DNA of 51,993 nucleotides from Verrucomicrobiota bacterium. Its GTDB lineage: Bacteria > Verrucomicrobiota > Verrucomicrobiia > Limisphaerales > CANJXF01. The notes beneath the pieces were generated by a model. The model did not search any database, was not told the DNA's origin, and was given only the letters and a program-made list of their open reading frames with translations. The first letter of the stretch is position 1, and the number at the start of each line of letters is the position of its first letter. Location: the NCBI GenBank assembly GCA_038214755.1, contig JBBQRQ010000027.1:1-51993 (forward strand), written 5' to 3'. A program made the position numbers and the translations under genes. This document shows, piece by piece, positions 9,083-18,756 of the stretch.

Positions 9083-10102
9083 TTACGGCTCCGCGATTAT
9101 TTTCGCGCGCTCCAGATGATAGTCGTGCGGAGTGATTTCGTCGGCTCTGTATTTGCGAAGCAACTCGGCCAATCGCCCCTCTTTGGTCGCGGGGTCGGGG
9201 GGAGGCGAGTAAAGGGACGCATTGCCCACCGCAGATGAGTTAGGCTGCCCCCTTCTTCTTTCCATGGCCTCTTCTTTGGCCCTTATTTCGGCCTCAATTT
9301 TTTGAATTCTTTTTTCTGATTCTGCCTGCTTTTTCGCCGCCTCGCTTTTTGTGGCCGAAAGTTTTCTCGCGGGGACCAGCGGACGATTGGCATTTTCTTT
9401 CGCGTCCAACTCGGCTTCTTTCCGGCGCAAAATATCAGCGAGTTGCTCATTGGAGGCCGCGTTGACTGCGGGTTGAGAAAGGGGTGGCGCGGCGGGGGTG
9501 GGCAGAACTTCTTCCACGCGCGGTATCGCTCGCACCATTCTGGGTCGAGCCGGCTCGGCTGAAGGTTGCGGACGCATCGTCCCGTTGCGTGTCGCGCCGG
9601 TCTGGGCGTCCAATTCATTTTGTTTGCTCCGCAAAACTTCGAGCAGGTTGTCCTCCTCTGCCGGTCGCGTGTTCGGCCAGCCAGCGCGGGCCGGTTTGGG
9701 CCGACTTTCTTTCCCACGAGGTTGCGTATTCATCGCACGGGACTTATCCAATTTCGCGGAAAAGGGATAACGTTGGTCTCCCGACACATTTCTTTCTGTC
9801 GCATCCAAGTCCTGCTGTTTTTGGCGAAGAAGTTGCGTGAGGCGGTCCTCCCCCCCAGGGTTTCTTGCGGGCACAGTGGCCGACATTTCAAACTGGGTGC
9901 CCGACGCGCGAGATGGCGCAGGACGGGCTTTTTCCGCTTTCCGGTTTGACGTTTTCGAGGGGGCTTGGGTCGCGTCCAATTCCATTTGTTTCCGGCGCAA
10001 AATTTGGGTCAAAGAATCGGGCGCGCCATCCCTCTGGGCAAAGACCCGGTTCAGACTCAGGCCAACTAAAATGGAAATCATTGCTAACTTTTGGAAGCGC
10101 AT
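9083..10102 (-). CDS. Secreted hypothetical protein with four short helical repeats and a SHOCT-like C-terminus
   Basis: Signal peptide; LxxxLRxKQxELDA repeated 4x; C-terminal RLAELLRKYRADEITPHDYHLERAKII. Confidence 0.75.
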   Translation of the reverse strand: MRFQKLAMISILVGLSLNRVFAQRDGAPDSLTQILRRKQMELDATQAPSKTSNRKAEKARPAPSRASGTQFEMSATVPARNPGGEDRLTQLLRQKQQDLDATERNVSGDQRYPFSAKLDKSRAMNTQPRGKESRPKPARAGWPNTRPAEEDNLLEVLRSKQNELDAQTGATRNGTMRPQPSAEPARPRMVRAIPRVEEVLPTPAAPPLSQPAVNAASNEQLADILRRKEAELDAKENANRPLVPARKLSATKSEAAKKQAESEKRIQKIEAEIRAKEEAMERRRGQPNSSAVGNASLYSPPPDPATKEGRLAELLRKYRADEITPHDYHLERAKIIAEP

Positions 10103-10202
10103 GGGAGATTAATAGTGGAAACAACTTTGGGAATCAACAGCATTTCGTGACGCGCGTGATGGAGACTGATGGAGAGGCGCATCTCCATTTCCGGCAAAAT
10201 AA

Positions 10203-10277
10203 CGGAACGCCGATCTCCTGATCGGCTCTTCTGAAACAATGGAGCGCTCCCATGCCGATCGGGAGAGCGGCGTTCCG
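10203..10277. repeat. REP-like doublet (GGAACGCCGATCTCC-GATCGGC)
   Basis: Arms CGGAACGCCGATCTCCTGATCGGC / GCCGATCGGGAGAGCGGCGTTCCG; preceded by GGCGCATCTC, the TIR motif seen at 1671 and 29777. Confidence 0.7.
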
Positions 10278-10313
10278 CTGCCACCTTTTTTCCGAACATT
10301 TGAAATCTGCAAT

Positions 10314-11321
10314 TTAGCGAGAGGCTCCCGTGGTGGAAGCGAATTGGGAATTCCATTTCGACGAAAACGGATAAAACAAAATCGACTTGGTCATCACATT
10401 TTGCACCTCGCGGCGAGTGATCTTCACTCGTTGCCTCGGATCAAGAATATTTTCCTCGCGCAATTTCTGGATGGTTTTGGCTCCGATCAAAATTGGCCAC
10501 GCGCAGGCCAGGCGCAGTCGGACACTTTTTCGCGGCAACGAATTGGTGTAAGCCCATCCTGCGGCGAGATGTTGCTCCGTCGCGTGCAAAAGATATTGGT
10601 AGAGTGGGCGAAATTTTATTCCGTTGGCGGGCGACAACAAATCGTTGGGCGTCAGATCCGCGTCGCGCAAATTCTCCAATGGGATGTAACAACGGCCCGT
10701 CCGCAAATCGCGGGGCAAATCCCGGAGAATATTGACAAGCTGCAGACCTTTCCCAAAACGAATCGCATTTTGCACGAGGAACGCGTCATCCAATTTCGCC
10801 GAGGGAAATAAATGCGCCCGACACATCTTCGTCCAAAATTCTCCGACGCAACCGGCGACGCGATAGGTATAGTCGTCCAACTCGGATTGAGTTTTCAGCG
10901 CGACGATATTTTTCTCACTCGCGCGGGCGAACCTTTTCAAATCCAATTCCTGCCCGCTGGTGATGGTGTCCATGACTTCGCGAATCTTTTGCTGATCCTC
11001 ACTTGAGAATTGCGCGAGTAGAGCCAGGGAATCTTCGCAGCGTTCCAATAAAATTTTCTCGGCGGGCAAATCTTGATGGCGCGCCAGTTCACCAAAATTC
11101 AGTGGCGCATTGCTCGTTCCCAAAATTCGCGAGCGAAGATTTTCCAACGCTTCCAGCCGTCGCTCCACTGAAATAATTTCCGTGTCCGCAATGGTGTCGG
11201 TTGTTCGCGCGAGCAAATAGGCGAGAGAAATTTGAAAACGAATCGCGCCCGGCAGAATCCGCATCGTGAGATAAAACGAGCGAGAGGTTTCCTTGAGCAA
11301 ATCGTTAAAGTTGGAATTCAC
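10314..11321 (-). CDS. Squalene/phytoene synthase family protein (farnesyl-diphosphate farnesyltransferase-like)
   Basis: TSRSFY, YLLARTTDTIAD, DDYTYRVAGCVGEFWT, FGKGLQLVNILRD motifs. Confidence 0.9.
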   Translation of the reverse strand: MNSNFNDLLKETSRSFYLTMRILPGAIRFQISLAYLLARTTDTIADTEIISVERRLEALENLRSRILGTSNAPLNFGELARHQDLPAEKILLERCEDSLALLAQFSSEDQQKIREVMDTITSGQELDLKRFARASEKNIVALKTQSELDDYTYRVAGCVGEFWTKMCRAHLFPSAKLDDAFLVQNAIRFGKGLQLVNILRDLPRDLRTGRCYIPLENLRDADLTPNDLLSPANGIKFRPLYQYLLHATEQHLAAGWAYTNSLPRKSVRLRLACAWPILIGAKTIQKLREENILDPRQRVKITRREVQNVMTKSILFYPFSSKWNSQFASTTGASR

Positions 11322-11398
11322 CGGAGACTGTGCGCGCTCAATTGAGGATCGTTACTGATGAACCAAAGAAGCGCGTGCGTGTCCAGCAGCAGCTTCAT
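11318..11398 (-). pseudogene. Truncated VapC/PIN toxin (first 26 codons only)
   Basis: MKLLLDTHALLWFISNDPQLS is a PIN-toxin N-terminus; it stops at the squalene synthase start. Confidence 0.8.
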
Positions 11399-11399
11399 T

Positions 11400-11624
11400 T
11401 CATGTATCTTTGAAATCATCCAGCGGCGCGTCAAAATCCGGCGACATCCAGATCGTGCCCGGCAAACTTCCAACCTGCGGATGCACGTGCTTACGAGATG
11501 GAGCAGCGGAAAGTTTCGCCTTCGGCTCACCGTTCTGCGTGATGGTGAACTCCTCGCCAGCCGCGACCTGACGAAGCAGTTCGGGCAACGCAGCCTGGGC
11601 TTTTTCAAGGGCGACCATTTGCAT
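11400..11624 (-). CDS. Phd/YefM-family antitoxin (VapB-type partner)
   Basis: KAQAALPELLRQVAAGEEFTITQNGEPKAKL plus C-terminal GSLPGTIWMSPDFDAPLDDF. Confidence 0.85.
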   Translation of the reverse strand: MQMVALEKAQAALPELLRQVAAGEEFTITQNGEPKAKLSAAPSRKHVHPQVGSLPGTIWMSPDFDAPLDDFKDT

Positions 11625-11847
11625 AACATTTAATCAATACCGGCAGTTTGTGTCCCATCTTTAACCCAACCAGAATCCAATCCTCCAACGTCGAGCGCAG
11701 TTCGTTTTCACATTCGCGCAAAGTGCGGCCAAATGCCGCCACGCCGTTGAATCTGGGGATTTGCCCCGCGAAGGAGCCGTCGTCCAGTTTGTCGTAACGC
11801 GCCAATTCCAACGCGGCTTCACTGTAAGCGGGGATCGGAAATGTCAT
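11605..11847 (-). CDS. HicB-like antitoxin (orphan, no hicA seen)
   Basis: LDDGSFAGQIPRFNGVAAFGRTLRECENELRSTLEDWI...LKMGHKLP is a HicB-like pattern. Confidence 0.8.
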   Translation of the reverse strand: MTFPIPAYSEAALELARYDKLDDGSFAGQIPRFNGVAAFGRTLRECENELRSTLEDWILVGLKMGHKLPVLIKCYANGRP

Positions 11848-12110
11848 GGCTAATACTTAAATGGTTTCGGTGAGAAAACAAGCGTAGCCGTTGAGGTTTG
11901 AATTCACTAGCGCGAATCTTGCGTGACCGGATTGAGTCGGCGTCCATCCATGCCGCTGCCGATGGTCAACGTCGCTACCAAGATGTCGTGCCTCGACGCT
12001 GGGAAAATCGCCGTGAAATGAATTCCTTTGGAATTGGAGCGCGCGAACAAGCGAATGGAAGTTGCGATACGATCTAACGGCGTTTTGCGGAAGCAGGGTT
12101 CACGTGTATA

Positions 12111-12650
12111 ATGCCTTTCGTGAAAACTTATCACGCAACGATTTTGGTGGTTGAGGATGACCCCAATGACCAGTTCCTGATTGAGAAGGCGTTCCGTAAA
12201 ATCGGGGTGACCAGTCCCATCCATGTCGTGGGTGACGGGGCCGAGGCGATTGCCTACATGTGCGGCGAGGGCAAATATGCGGATCGTGAAAAGTATGCGT
12301 ATCCGACATTCATCGTGACGGATTTGAAAATGCCGACGGATGGTTTCGCGGTGCTTGAATTTCTTAAAAAAAATCCTGAGTGGAAAGTTATTCCTGCCGT
12401 AGTGTTGTCGGCCTCTTGTGATTTGGATGACGTCAAGACGGCCTACAGGCTGGGAGCCAGTTCGTATCACGTGAAGCCGCCATCGATGGACCAGTTGAGC
12501 CAGCAGCTAAAAATCCTGCATGATTATTGGCTGACCTGCGAAGTGCCGCAGGTGGACATGAGCGGAAAGCAGTTGGAGACAGATAGCGAAGGGAAGTTGG
12601 GCGAAAGATTTTCGGAGGAGCCAACGCTGGAAACCGAGCCGCAGCACTGA
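12111..12650 (+). CDS. Single-domain response regulator (Rcp1-like receiver) with C-terminal extension
   Basis: ILVVEDD, TDLKMP, LSAS, ASSYHVKP; no adjacent kinase. Confidence 0.9.
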   Translation: MPFVKTYHATILVVEDDPNDQFLIEKAFRKIGVTSPIHVVGDGAEAIAYMCGEGKYADREKYAYPTFIVTDLKMPTDGFAVLEFLKKNPEWKVIPAVVLSASCDLDDVKTAYRLGASSYHVKPPSMDQLSQQLKILHDYWLTCEVPQVDMSGKQLETDSEGKLGERFSEEPTLETEPQH

Positions 12651-12673
12651 TTCATGAATGGTTTCCGCGCATT

Positions 12674-14074
12674 TCACGAAAGCTGTTTCCGCCATCTTGC
12701 CAGTTGCTTCGCGACTTCTTTGGTTCCCGGAGCACCAATGAGATTTCGTTGTGACATCGCTTTCTTCAAATCGAAAACTGCAAGCGCATCCGCGCCAAAA
12801 TTTTTGTCCACCGATTGAAATTCTTTGAGCGAAAGTTTGTTCAACGGTTTTTTTAATTTCTCTCCCAGAGCGACAACTGCGCCGACCGCGTGATGCGCTT
12901 GCCGAAATGCCATTCCTTTGCGGACGAGGTAATCCGTGAGATCAGTCGCGAGCAAAGCCGGATCGCTCGCGGCAGTTTCACATGCCATTTTGTTGAGGGA
13001 AATATTTTGCAACATCGCCGCCATCAATCGAACCGTGACGCGGATTGTGTCCGCTGTGTCGAACAACCGTTCTTTGTCCTCCTGCAAATCGCGGTTGTAA
13101 GTCATCGGCAAACCTTTCAAGAGCGTGAGCAAGGCAATCAAGTTGCCGAAAACGCGACCGGTTTTGCCACGCCCCAGTTCCGCGATGTCAGGATTTTTTT
13201 TCTGCGGCATCAACGACGAACCCGTCGTGTAAGCATCCGCGATTTTGATGAAATTAAATTCCGCGCTCGCCCAAAGAATTACGTCTTCTGCCAGCCGCGA
13301 TAGGTGAACGGCGGTCAATGCCGCCACGCTGCAAAATTCGACGGCGAAATCGCGGTCGCTCACCGCGTCCATCGAGTTTTGCGTGAGTTGCGAATTTCCT
13401 CTCGCATCGACGAAGCCGAGAAGTTTCGCGACGAGTTCGCGGTCGAGTGGCAAGGTGGAGCCGGCGATTGCGCCGCTGCCGAGCGGGCAAACATTCACGC
13501 GCTGAAAACAATCGGTCAGTCGCGAATGGTCGCGGTCAAGCATCTCGACGTAAGCGAGCAAATGGTGCGCGAAATAAACCGGCTGGGCGCGTTGCAAATG
13601 CGTGTAGCCGGGAATGATGACGTCAGAATTTTTCGCGCCGAGTTCGACGAGCGATTTTTGCAACGAGCGAAGTTCACCGGAGAATTCCGCGATCTGATCG
13701 CGCAACCACATTCGCAGATCGAGCGCGACTTGATCATTGCGTGAACGGGCCGTGTGCAGTTTCGCTCCGGCCGGGACGCGCTTGGTCAATTCCGCCTCGA
13801 TGTTCATGTGGACATCTTCTAGTTCCGGTTTCCACTCGAACTTGCCGTCGGAAATTTCCTGGCCGATTTGTTCCAGCCCTTTTTTGATTTGCGCCAGTTC
13901 CGCTTTCGTGAGCACGCCGATTTTTTGCAACATGGTGGCGTGGGCGATGGAACCGAGGATGTCCTGTTTCCAAAGCCGCCAATCGAACGAAATGGATTCA
14001 GTAAATTGCGCGACATTCGCGCCCGGCCCGCTGGCGAATCGTCCGCTGCGAGAAGTTGGAGAGGATTTTTTCAT
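12674..14074 (-). CDS. argH: Argininosuccinate lyase
   Basis: EDVH, HTARSRNDQ, PGYTHLQRAQP, GSSLMPQKKNPD, YNRDLQEDK motifs. Confidence 0.97.
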   Translation of the reverse strand: MKKSSPTSRSGRFASGPGANVAQFTESISFDWRLWKQDILGSIAHATMLQKIGVLTKAELAQIKKGLEQIGQEISDGKFEWKPELEDVHMNIEAELTKRVPAGAKLHTARSRNDQVALDLRMWLRDQIAEFSGELRSLQKSLVELGAKNSDVIIPGYTHLQRAQPVYFAHHLLAYVEMLDRDHSRLTDCFQRVNVCPLGSGAIAGSTLPLDRELVAKLLGFVDARGNSQLTQNSMDAVSDRDFAVEFCSVAALTAVHLSRLAEDVILWASAEFNFIKIADAYTTGSSLMPQKKNPDIAELGRGKTGRVFGNLIALLTLLKGLPMTYNRDLQEDKERLFDTADTIRVTVRLMAAMLQNISLNKMACETAASDPALLATDLTDYLVRKGMAFRQAHHAVGAVVALGEKLKKPLNKLSLKEFQSVDKNFGADALAVFDLKKAMSQRNLIGAPGTKEVAKQLARWRKQLS

Positions 14075-14140
14075 GCGTTCGTGCAAACGAATCTGCGATG
14101 GAGAAAAACGAAAGTCACGCGTGGAGATGCATCTTGAAAA

Positions 14141-14839
14141 TTAAGCCTGGATCAATTCTTTCAATTGAGCGGCGAATTTTGGACCGCTTCCCGTCTCTTC
14201 GTGTTTGAAATAAATAAAAAGATCTTTCGTCTCCTCATTTGCTTTCAAAATTATTTTCGCCCATCGCCGTAATTGCTTTTTGTCGTATTGATCGCGTAAG
14301 CGAAAATAACCGAAGTCACTCGACATCACTGGCGGCGTGGATAGCTTCTCACTGTCGGCGACGCACAACGCGGCTCCGTGCGATTTCAGCGCGGCAAAGA
14401 TTTCGTCGTCGAACCACGAGGCGTGGCGAAACTCGAAGGCCACTTTCATTCCGCGCGGAATCGAATCGAGAAAATTTTCAAGGCGCGGCAAATCCTTTTT
14501 TAAAAACGGCGGAAGTTGAAAGAGCGTGGGACCCAACTTGTCGCCAAGCTTTTGCGCGACTTTCCAAAACCGTTTCAAGGACGTTGCGGAGCCAGCAAGT
14601 TTTTGGGTGTGGGTGATTTGTCGGGGCGCTTTCAGGCTGAAACGAAATTTCGCCGGAGTCCTCGCCACCCAACCCAAAAGAGTTTTGGCATTCGGGACTC
14701 GATAGAAAGTGTAATTGATTTCCGTCGTGGAAAAACGCGCGGCGTAGAATGGCAACATCTTCGCCGTGGAAAGATCGGTGGGATAAAATTTTCCCTTCCA
14801 TTCCGGATATTGGAAACCTGATGTCCCGATCCAAATCAC
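14141..14839 (-). CDS. DUF72 family protein
   Basis: IGTSGFQYPEW, EINYTFY, LFQLPP, AFEFRH, YFRLR, YFKHE motifs. Confidence 0.92.
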   Translation of the reverse strand: MIWIGTSGFQYPEWKGKFYPTDLSTAKMLPFYAARFSTTEINYTFYRVPNAKTLLGWVARTPAKFRFSLKAPRQITHTQKLAGSATSLKRFWKVAQKLGDKLGPTLFQLPPFLKKDLPRLENFLDSIPRGMKVAFEFRHASWFDDEIFAALKSHGAALCVADSEKLSTPPVMSSDFGYFRLRDQYDKKQLRRWAKIILKANEETKDLFIYFKHEETGSGPKFAAQLKELIQA

Positions 14840-14847
14840 GAAACAAA

Positions 14848-17007
14848 TTATTTGTTGGTCGCCGGCTTGCCAATCCCGATCGATTCGAGAAACGGTTCGA
14901 GCGATTGGTCGCGCCCGAGAAATTTGCGGATGGAAACGTTTACGTCGCGCGCATCGCCGGGAGCGTAAATCTCATCTCGCAAACGCATTCCCACCGATTT
15001 GTCGTAATAGCCATCTTTGGATTTTTCAAAAACCGTCGCCATGTCCGCCGCAATGGCATCCGCCCACGCATATCCGTAATAGCCCGCGTCGTAGCCCATG
15101 AGATGGCCGAAATAGCCGACGTAAGCGGTGTTTTCCACCGGCGGGAAAAAAACGTCTGCGCCTACGTCGTTGGAAATTTTCACGACATCCTCGTTCTCCT
15201 CAAAACCAGAATGCAGTTTCAAATCCGTGAGGCCAAACGAAAGCTGACGGCGATAACGCGTGCCTTCCGTCGCGAGTTTCGATTCCTTTAATTTGGCCAG
15301 AATGGACTGCGGAATTTTCTGGGTGGGATCGCGGTAATCGGCGGCAAAACTGTCCAAAACATTTTTGTCCCAAACCCAGTTCTCCAGCATTTGCGAGGGC
15401 GCTTCGACGAAATCGCGGGGAACACTCGTGCCGGCAAAACGTCCGTAATTGGCCCGCGTCAAAATCGAATGCATGGCGTGTCCGAACTCGTGAAAAAGCG
15501 TTTCCACTTCGTGATGCGCGAGCAGCGAGGGTTTGCCGGCGTCGCCCGGCGGTGGAAAATTGCAGATCAGCGCGACGGTGGGCCGTTGGTATTTCCCGCC
15601 CGGCAAAAGTTTTCCCTCAATGATTCCGAACTGCGCGAAGTGATTATATTTTCCTTCGCGCGGAAACATATCGAGATAAAACAGACCCATCGGCTCGCCG
15701 GTTTTGGCGTCGGTCACGGCGAAAAGTTTCAGATCATCGATCCATTTGTAAGGCGCGTCGATTTCGTAGAATTTCAAACCGAAAATGCTTTGGTAAATCT
15801 CAAACATGCCGTGCAAAACGCGATCGTAGGAAAAGTAAACGCGCAGCTTCTCCGCATCGACAGTGTATTTCTCTTTCTTCAATTGGTTGGCGTAATAGCG
15901 CCAGTCCCAAAGATTTATTTTGGCGCTGGCATCGCCCGTTTCTTTTGCCTTCAGCTTTTGGAACTCCGCAACTTCCGCGTCGAACTTTGGTTGCAAGCCA
16001 ACTTTTAATTTCTCCAAAAAGTCCATCGCGGTCTTCGCGTCCTTCGCCATTTTCGGCTCAATTCGATAATCGGCCCACGATGCGTATCCGAGCTTGTGCG
16101 CGATGTCATTTCGCAGTTTCAAAATCTGTTTGAGCAACGGAATATTTTTTTCGCGCGCCAGGTTGTCGTGCTCCGCTTGAAACTGTTTGCGAGTGGCCTC
16201 GACCTTGCAGTTCTCCAGCACCATCAAGTAATGAAACGTGATATTAGCCATCACGGTGAATTCGTCGTCACCGGTTTTGATTCCTTTTTGGTTAAGAAAT
16301 TCATCCGGCACCCCGGCCAAATCAGCCTTGGAAAATTTCACCGCCTTTTTTGCATCAGTCACATTCGTCTCAAAATCCGTCACCAATTTTGAAACTTCTT
16401 TGCGCAAGCGCTCGACCTCGTCGCGCTGATCTTTGGGCAATTCCAAACCGGCGCGCCGATAATCGAGCATCGTTTCATCGAATAATTTTTTATCCTCGCC
16501 TGAGAGCTGCGGATTTTTCGCGGCGAACGCTTTCACCGCCGCGTAAACATCGTCGCGATAATCAAGACCTACCGACCATTCCTGAAAAATTTTAACGGCA
16601 TCGGTCGCCGCTTCGCGCATGGCGGCGTTGGTGCTGGTCTCTTTAATTAACGAGAGGCGATTGGCCAGAGTTCCGGCGCGATACGAAATATCGTCCAAAG
16701 CGAGAATCGTATTGGCGAATGAAACTTCGGAGGATTTGAGCGCGCCGATTTTATCGAGAGAGGCGTTGGCTTCGCTCATCGTGTTGGTCAAGGAAAGTTT
16801 GATGGCGTTGGAGGACGTTTCAAATGTGGGAAGGCTGAGAACGGAATCAAATTTTGCGGCCTCACCTTGAAACGCGGCCAATGTTTTGGGTGCGGCTGGC
16901 GCCGACGCCGTTTTCGCAGTTTCCTGCGACTGGGATTTACAACCCAAAATTGAAACGAGCGACGCAAAGCCGATGGCCAGCGAGAAAGCTGAAAGAGATT
17001 TTTTCAT
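14848..17007 (-). CDS. M3A metallopeptidase (thimet oligopeptidase-like), probable lipoprotein
   Basis: Lipobox ILGC; FHEFGH zinc motif; DFVEAPSQMLENW; GYYGY. Confidence 0.93.
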   Translation of the reverse strand: MKKSLSAFSLAIGFASLVSILGCKSQSQETAKTASAPAAPKTLAAFQGEAAKFDSVLSLPTFETSSNAIKLSLTNTMSEANASLDKIGALKSSEVSFANTILALDDISYRAGTLANRLSLIKETSTNAAMREAATDAVKIFQEWSVGLDYRDDVYAAVKAFAAKNPQLSGEDKKLFDETMLDYRRAGLELPKDQRDEVERLRKEVSKLVTDFETNVTDAKKAVKFSKADLAGVPDEFLNQKGIKTGDDEFTVMANITFHYLMVLENCKVEATRKQFQAEHDNLAREKNIPLLKQILKLRNDIAHKLGYASWADYRIEPKMAKDAKTAMDFLEKLKVGLQPKFDAEVAEFQKLKAKETGDASAKINLWDWRYYANQLKKEKYTVDAEKLRVYFSYDRVLHGMFEIYQSIFGLKFYEIDAPYKWIDDLKLFAVTDAKTGEPMGLFYLDMFPREGKYNHFAQFGIIEGKLLPGGKYQRPTVALICNFPPPGDAGKPSLLAHHEVETLFHEFGHAMHSILTRANYGRFAGTSVPRDFVEAPSQMLENWVWDKNVLDSFAADYRDPTQKIPQSILAKLKESKLATEGTRYRRQLSFGLTDLKLHSGFEENEDVVKISNDVGADVFFPPVENTAYVGYFGHLMGYDAGYYGYAWADAIAADMATVFEKSKDGYYDKSVGMRLRDEIYAPGDARDVNVSIRKFLGRDQSLEPFLESIGIGKPATNK

Positions 17008-17112
17008 AAATAAGCCGCGTTACGAAAACATTGGAAATTGTTTTTCGCAATAGCAATTCGCCAAGGATTGTGGGTCGGAGCGTTTGTCTGCGCACGGCTT
17101 AAAAACGAACGC

Positions 17113-18330
17113 TTAAATTCCAAGCGCCTTGATCAATCCCAAAATCAAAATCCCAATCAATAGCGCCGCCAGCAAACTCGCCAGAAACGGTTTCGCTCCG
17201 GTCTGCTTCATTGCCGAAAATTTTGTCTCCAGCCCAACGCCCGCCATGCTGATGATGATGCAATATTTGGAAAAATTTTCGAACACCGACGCGAGACTGA
17301 ATCTTGGATTACTGGTGCCGCCGAACAAAGCGGCGTGGCTATGAAACGTGACATCGGGGATCAGTCCCAGCGTTCTCAGCAAGGCCATTCCGAGAAAACC
17401 CAGAACGAACATCGGGAACAAATGAAAGTAATTGATGTTTTTCTTTTCCATCCCGCCGTCGAGTTTCATTTGCGCGCGGGCGTGCATACAACCAACTAAA
17501 AAGACCACCGGCGCGAGAAGACAGACGCGCGCGAGTTTGACGATCGTCGCGGTTTCCCCGGCGGTTTTTCCATAGGCAAAACCGGCGGCCACCACTTGCG
17601 GCGTTTGATGAATGGCCAGCCCCGCCCAGACGCCAAAAGCTTTTTCGCTCAAGTGCATCATCGTGCCCAAAACCGGCAGCAGAAACATGGCGAGCAGACC
17701 CAGCAAGGTCACCGTCGCCACACTGAACACCACATCCTTTTCCTCGGCCTCGATCACCGGCGCCGTGGCGACGATGGCTGTGCCGCCGCAAATGGCCGTG
17801 CCCACTCCGAGCAAAAGTCCGAGTTTCGGAGGGAGGTTCATTTTCTTTGCGAGAAACATTAACAATGACAATGCGACGATGGTTTCCAAAAGACTGAGAA
17901 AGATTCCGGCGGAACCCACTTTTAAAACGGCAACAAAGTCCAAACGCGCTCCGAGAAAAATGATCCCAAGGGGTAACAATTTTTTTACGGAAAATTTTAT
18001 TCCGATTCCGAAATTTTTCGGCAGCGACCAAACATTACTGAAAGTCATTCCGAGAATGATGGCGAGCATGACCGGCTCGATGGGATGTCTTTTGTCCTGG
18101 AGGGTGAAAGGCCACAACGGAAGTTCGCTGAGAAAAATGGCGGCAATGCTCAAGCCCACGGCGACGGATAAACCAGGAAGGGGAGAAGCTTGTTTTTCCG
18201 CGACAGTCGCTTTGGGCCTGGCTTGCGGCGGCAAAGTCAGCACATCCGAACCGCCTTCCATGTAGTCCAAATATTCCGCCCAGGAATAGTCTTTCGCTTC
18301 TGAAGCAGGAGCGTCGCTGATTTCGGGCAT
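17113..18330 (-). CDS. YeiH/UPF0324 putative sulfate exporter family membrane protein
   Basis: GTAICGGTAIVATAP, IHQTPQVVAAG, ATIVKLARV motifs. Confidence 0.9.
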   Translation of the reverse strand: MPEISDAPASEAKDYSWAEYLDYMEGGSDVLTLPPQARPKATVAEKQASPLPGLSVAVGLSIAAIFLSELPLWPFTLQDKRHPIEPVMLAIILGMTFSNVWSLPKNFGIGIKFSVKKLLPLGIIFLGARLDFVAVLKVGSAGIFLSLLETIVALSLLMFLAKKMNLPPKLGLLLGVGTAICGGTAIVATAPVIEAEEKDVVFSVATVTLLGLLAMFLLPVLGTMMHLSEKAFGVWAGLAIHQTPQVVAAGFAYGKTAGETATIVKLARVCLLAPVVFLVGCMHARAQMKLDGGMEKKNINYFHLFPMFVLGFLGMALLRTLGLIPDVTFHSHAALFGGTSNPRFSLASVFENFSKYCIIISMAGVGLETKFSAMKQTGAKPFLASLLAALLIGILILGLIKALGI

Positions 18331-18457
18331 GGCGGAGCGAGATTAAGCAGCGTGAAAATTCCCAGCAACTTTTTTCTATTTTTCAACGCGTCAGAAATTC
18401 AATTCGATTGCTAAAGCGCCTTGAATTCGTATCTTGTGCGGCAGACAGGAAAATTTT

Positions 18458-18667
18458 ATGAAGGGAAAAAGCACACTCCAACCGCTGGTCAAAGGTCAAC
18501 TTTGGAAGATAAAAGATGTGCATGTGGAGATCATGGAAGTGGGCAAAACGCTCACGCACTACCGGCTTTATCAAAATCAAAAGCGGGTTCCCATCAGCCT
18601 CGGAGGAATCGGCACGGTGCAGGAATACCTCAAGAAAAATAAAGCAGTTCTGGTCAAGAAACGTTAG
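18458..18667 (+). CDS. Hypothetical small basic protein
   Basis: 69-aa ORF divergent from yeiH, with plausible composition (KGQLWK...VGKTLTHY). Confidence 0.65.
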   Translation: MKGKSTLQPLVKGQLWKIKDVHVEIMEVGKTLTHYRLYQNQKRVPISLGGIGTVQEYLKKNKAVLVKKR

Positions 18668-18680
18668 AACAGTTTCGTTT

Positions 18681-18749
18681 GTAGCCGCCGACGTGAGGAG
18701 GTGGATTTCGTTTTTTCGCTGGGATCCGCCTCGTCACGTCGGCGGCCAC
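18681..18749. repeat. GTAG REP-like doublet family A
   Basis: GTAGCCGCCGACGTGAGGAGGTGGAT / ATCCGCCTCGTCACGTCGGCGGCCAC between convergent genes. Confidence 0.85.
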
Positions 18750-18756
18750 GTTTCGA

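Noticed and set aside
11860..12100. Unassigned ~240 bp between the HicB-like gene and the response regulator (possible gene relic or ncRNA)
   Set aside because: No recognisable structure or protein motif.
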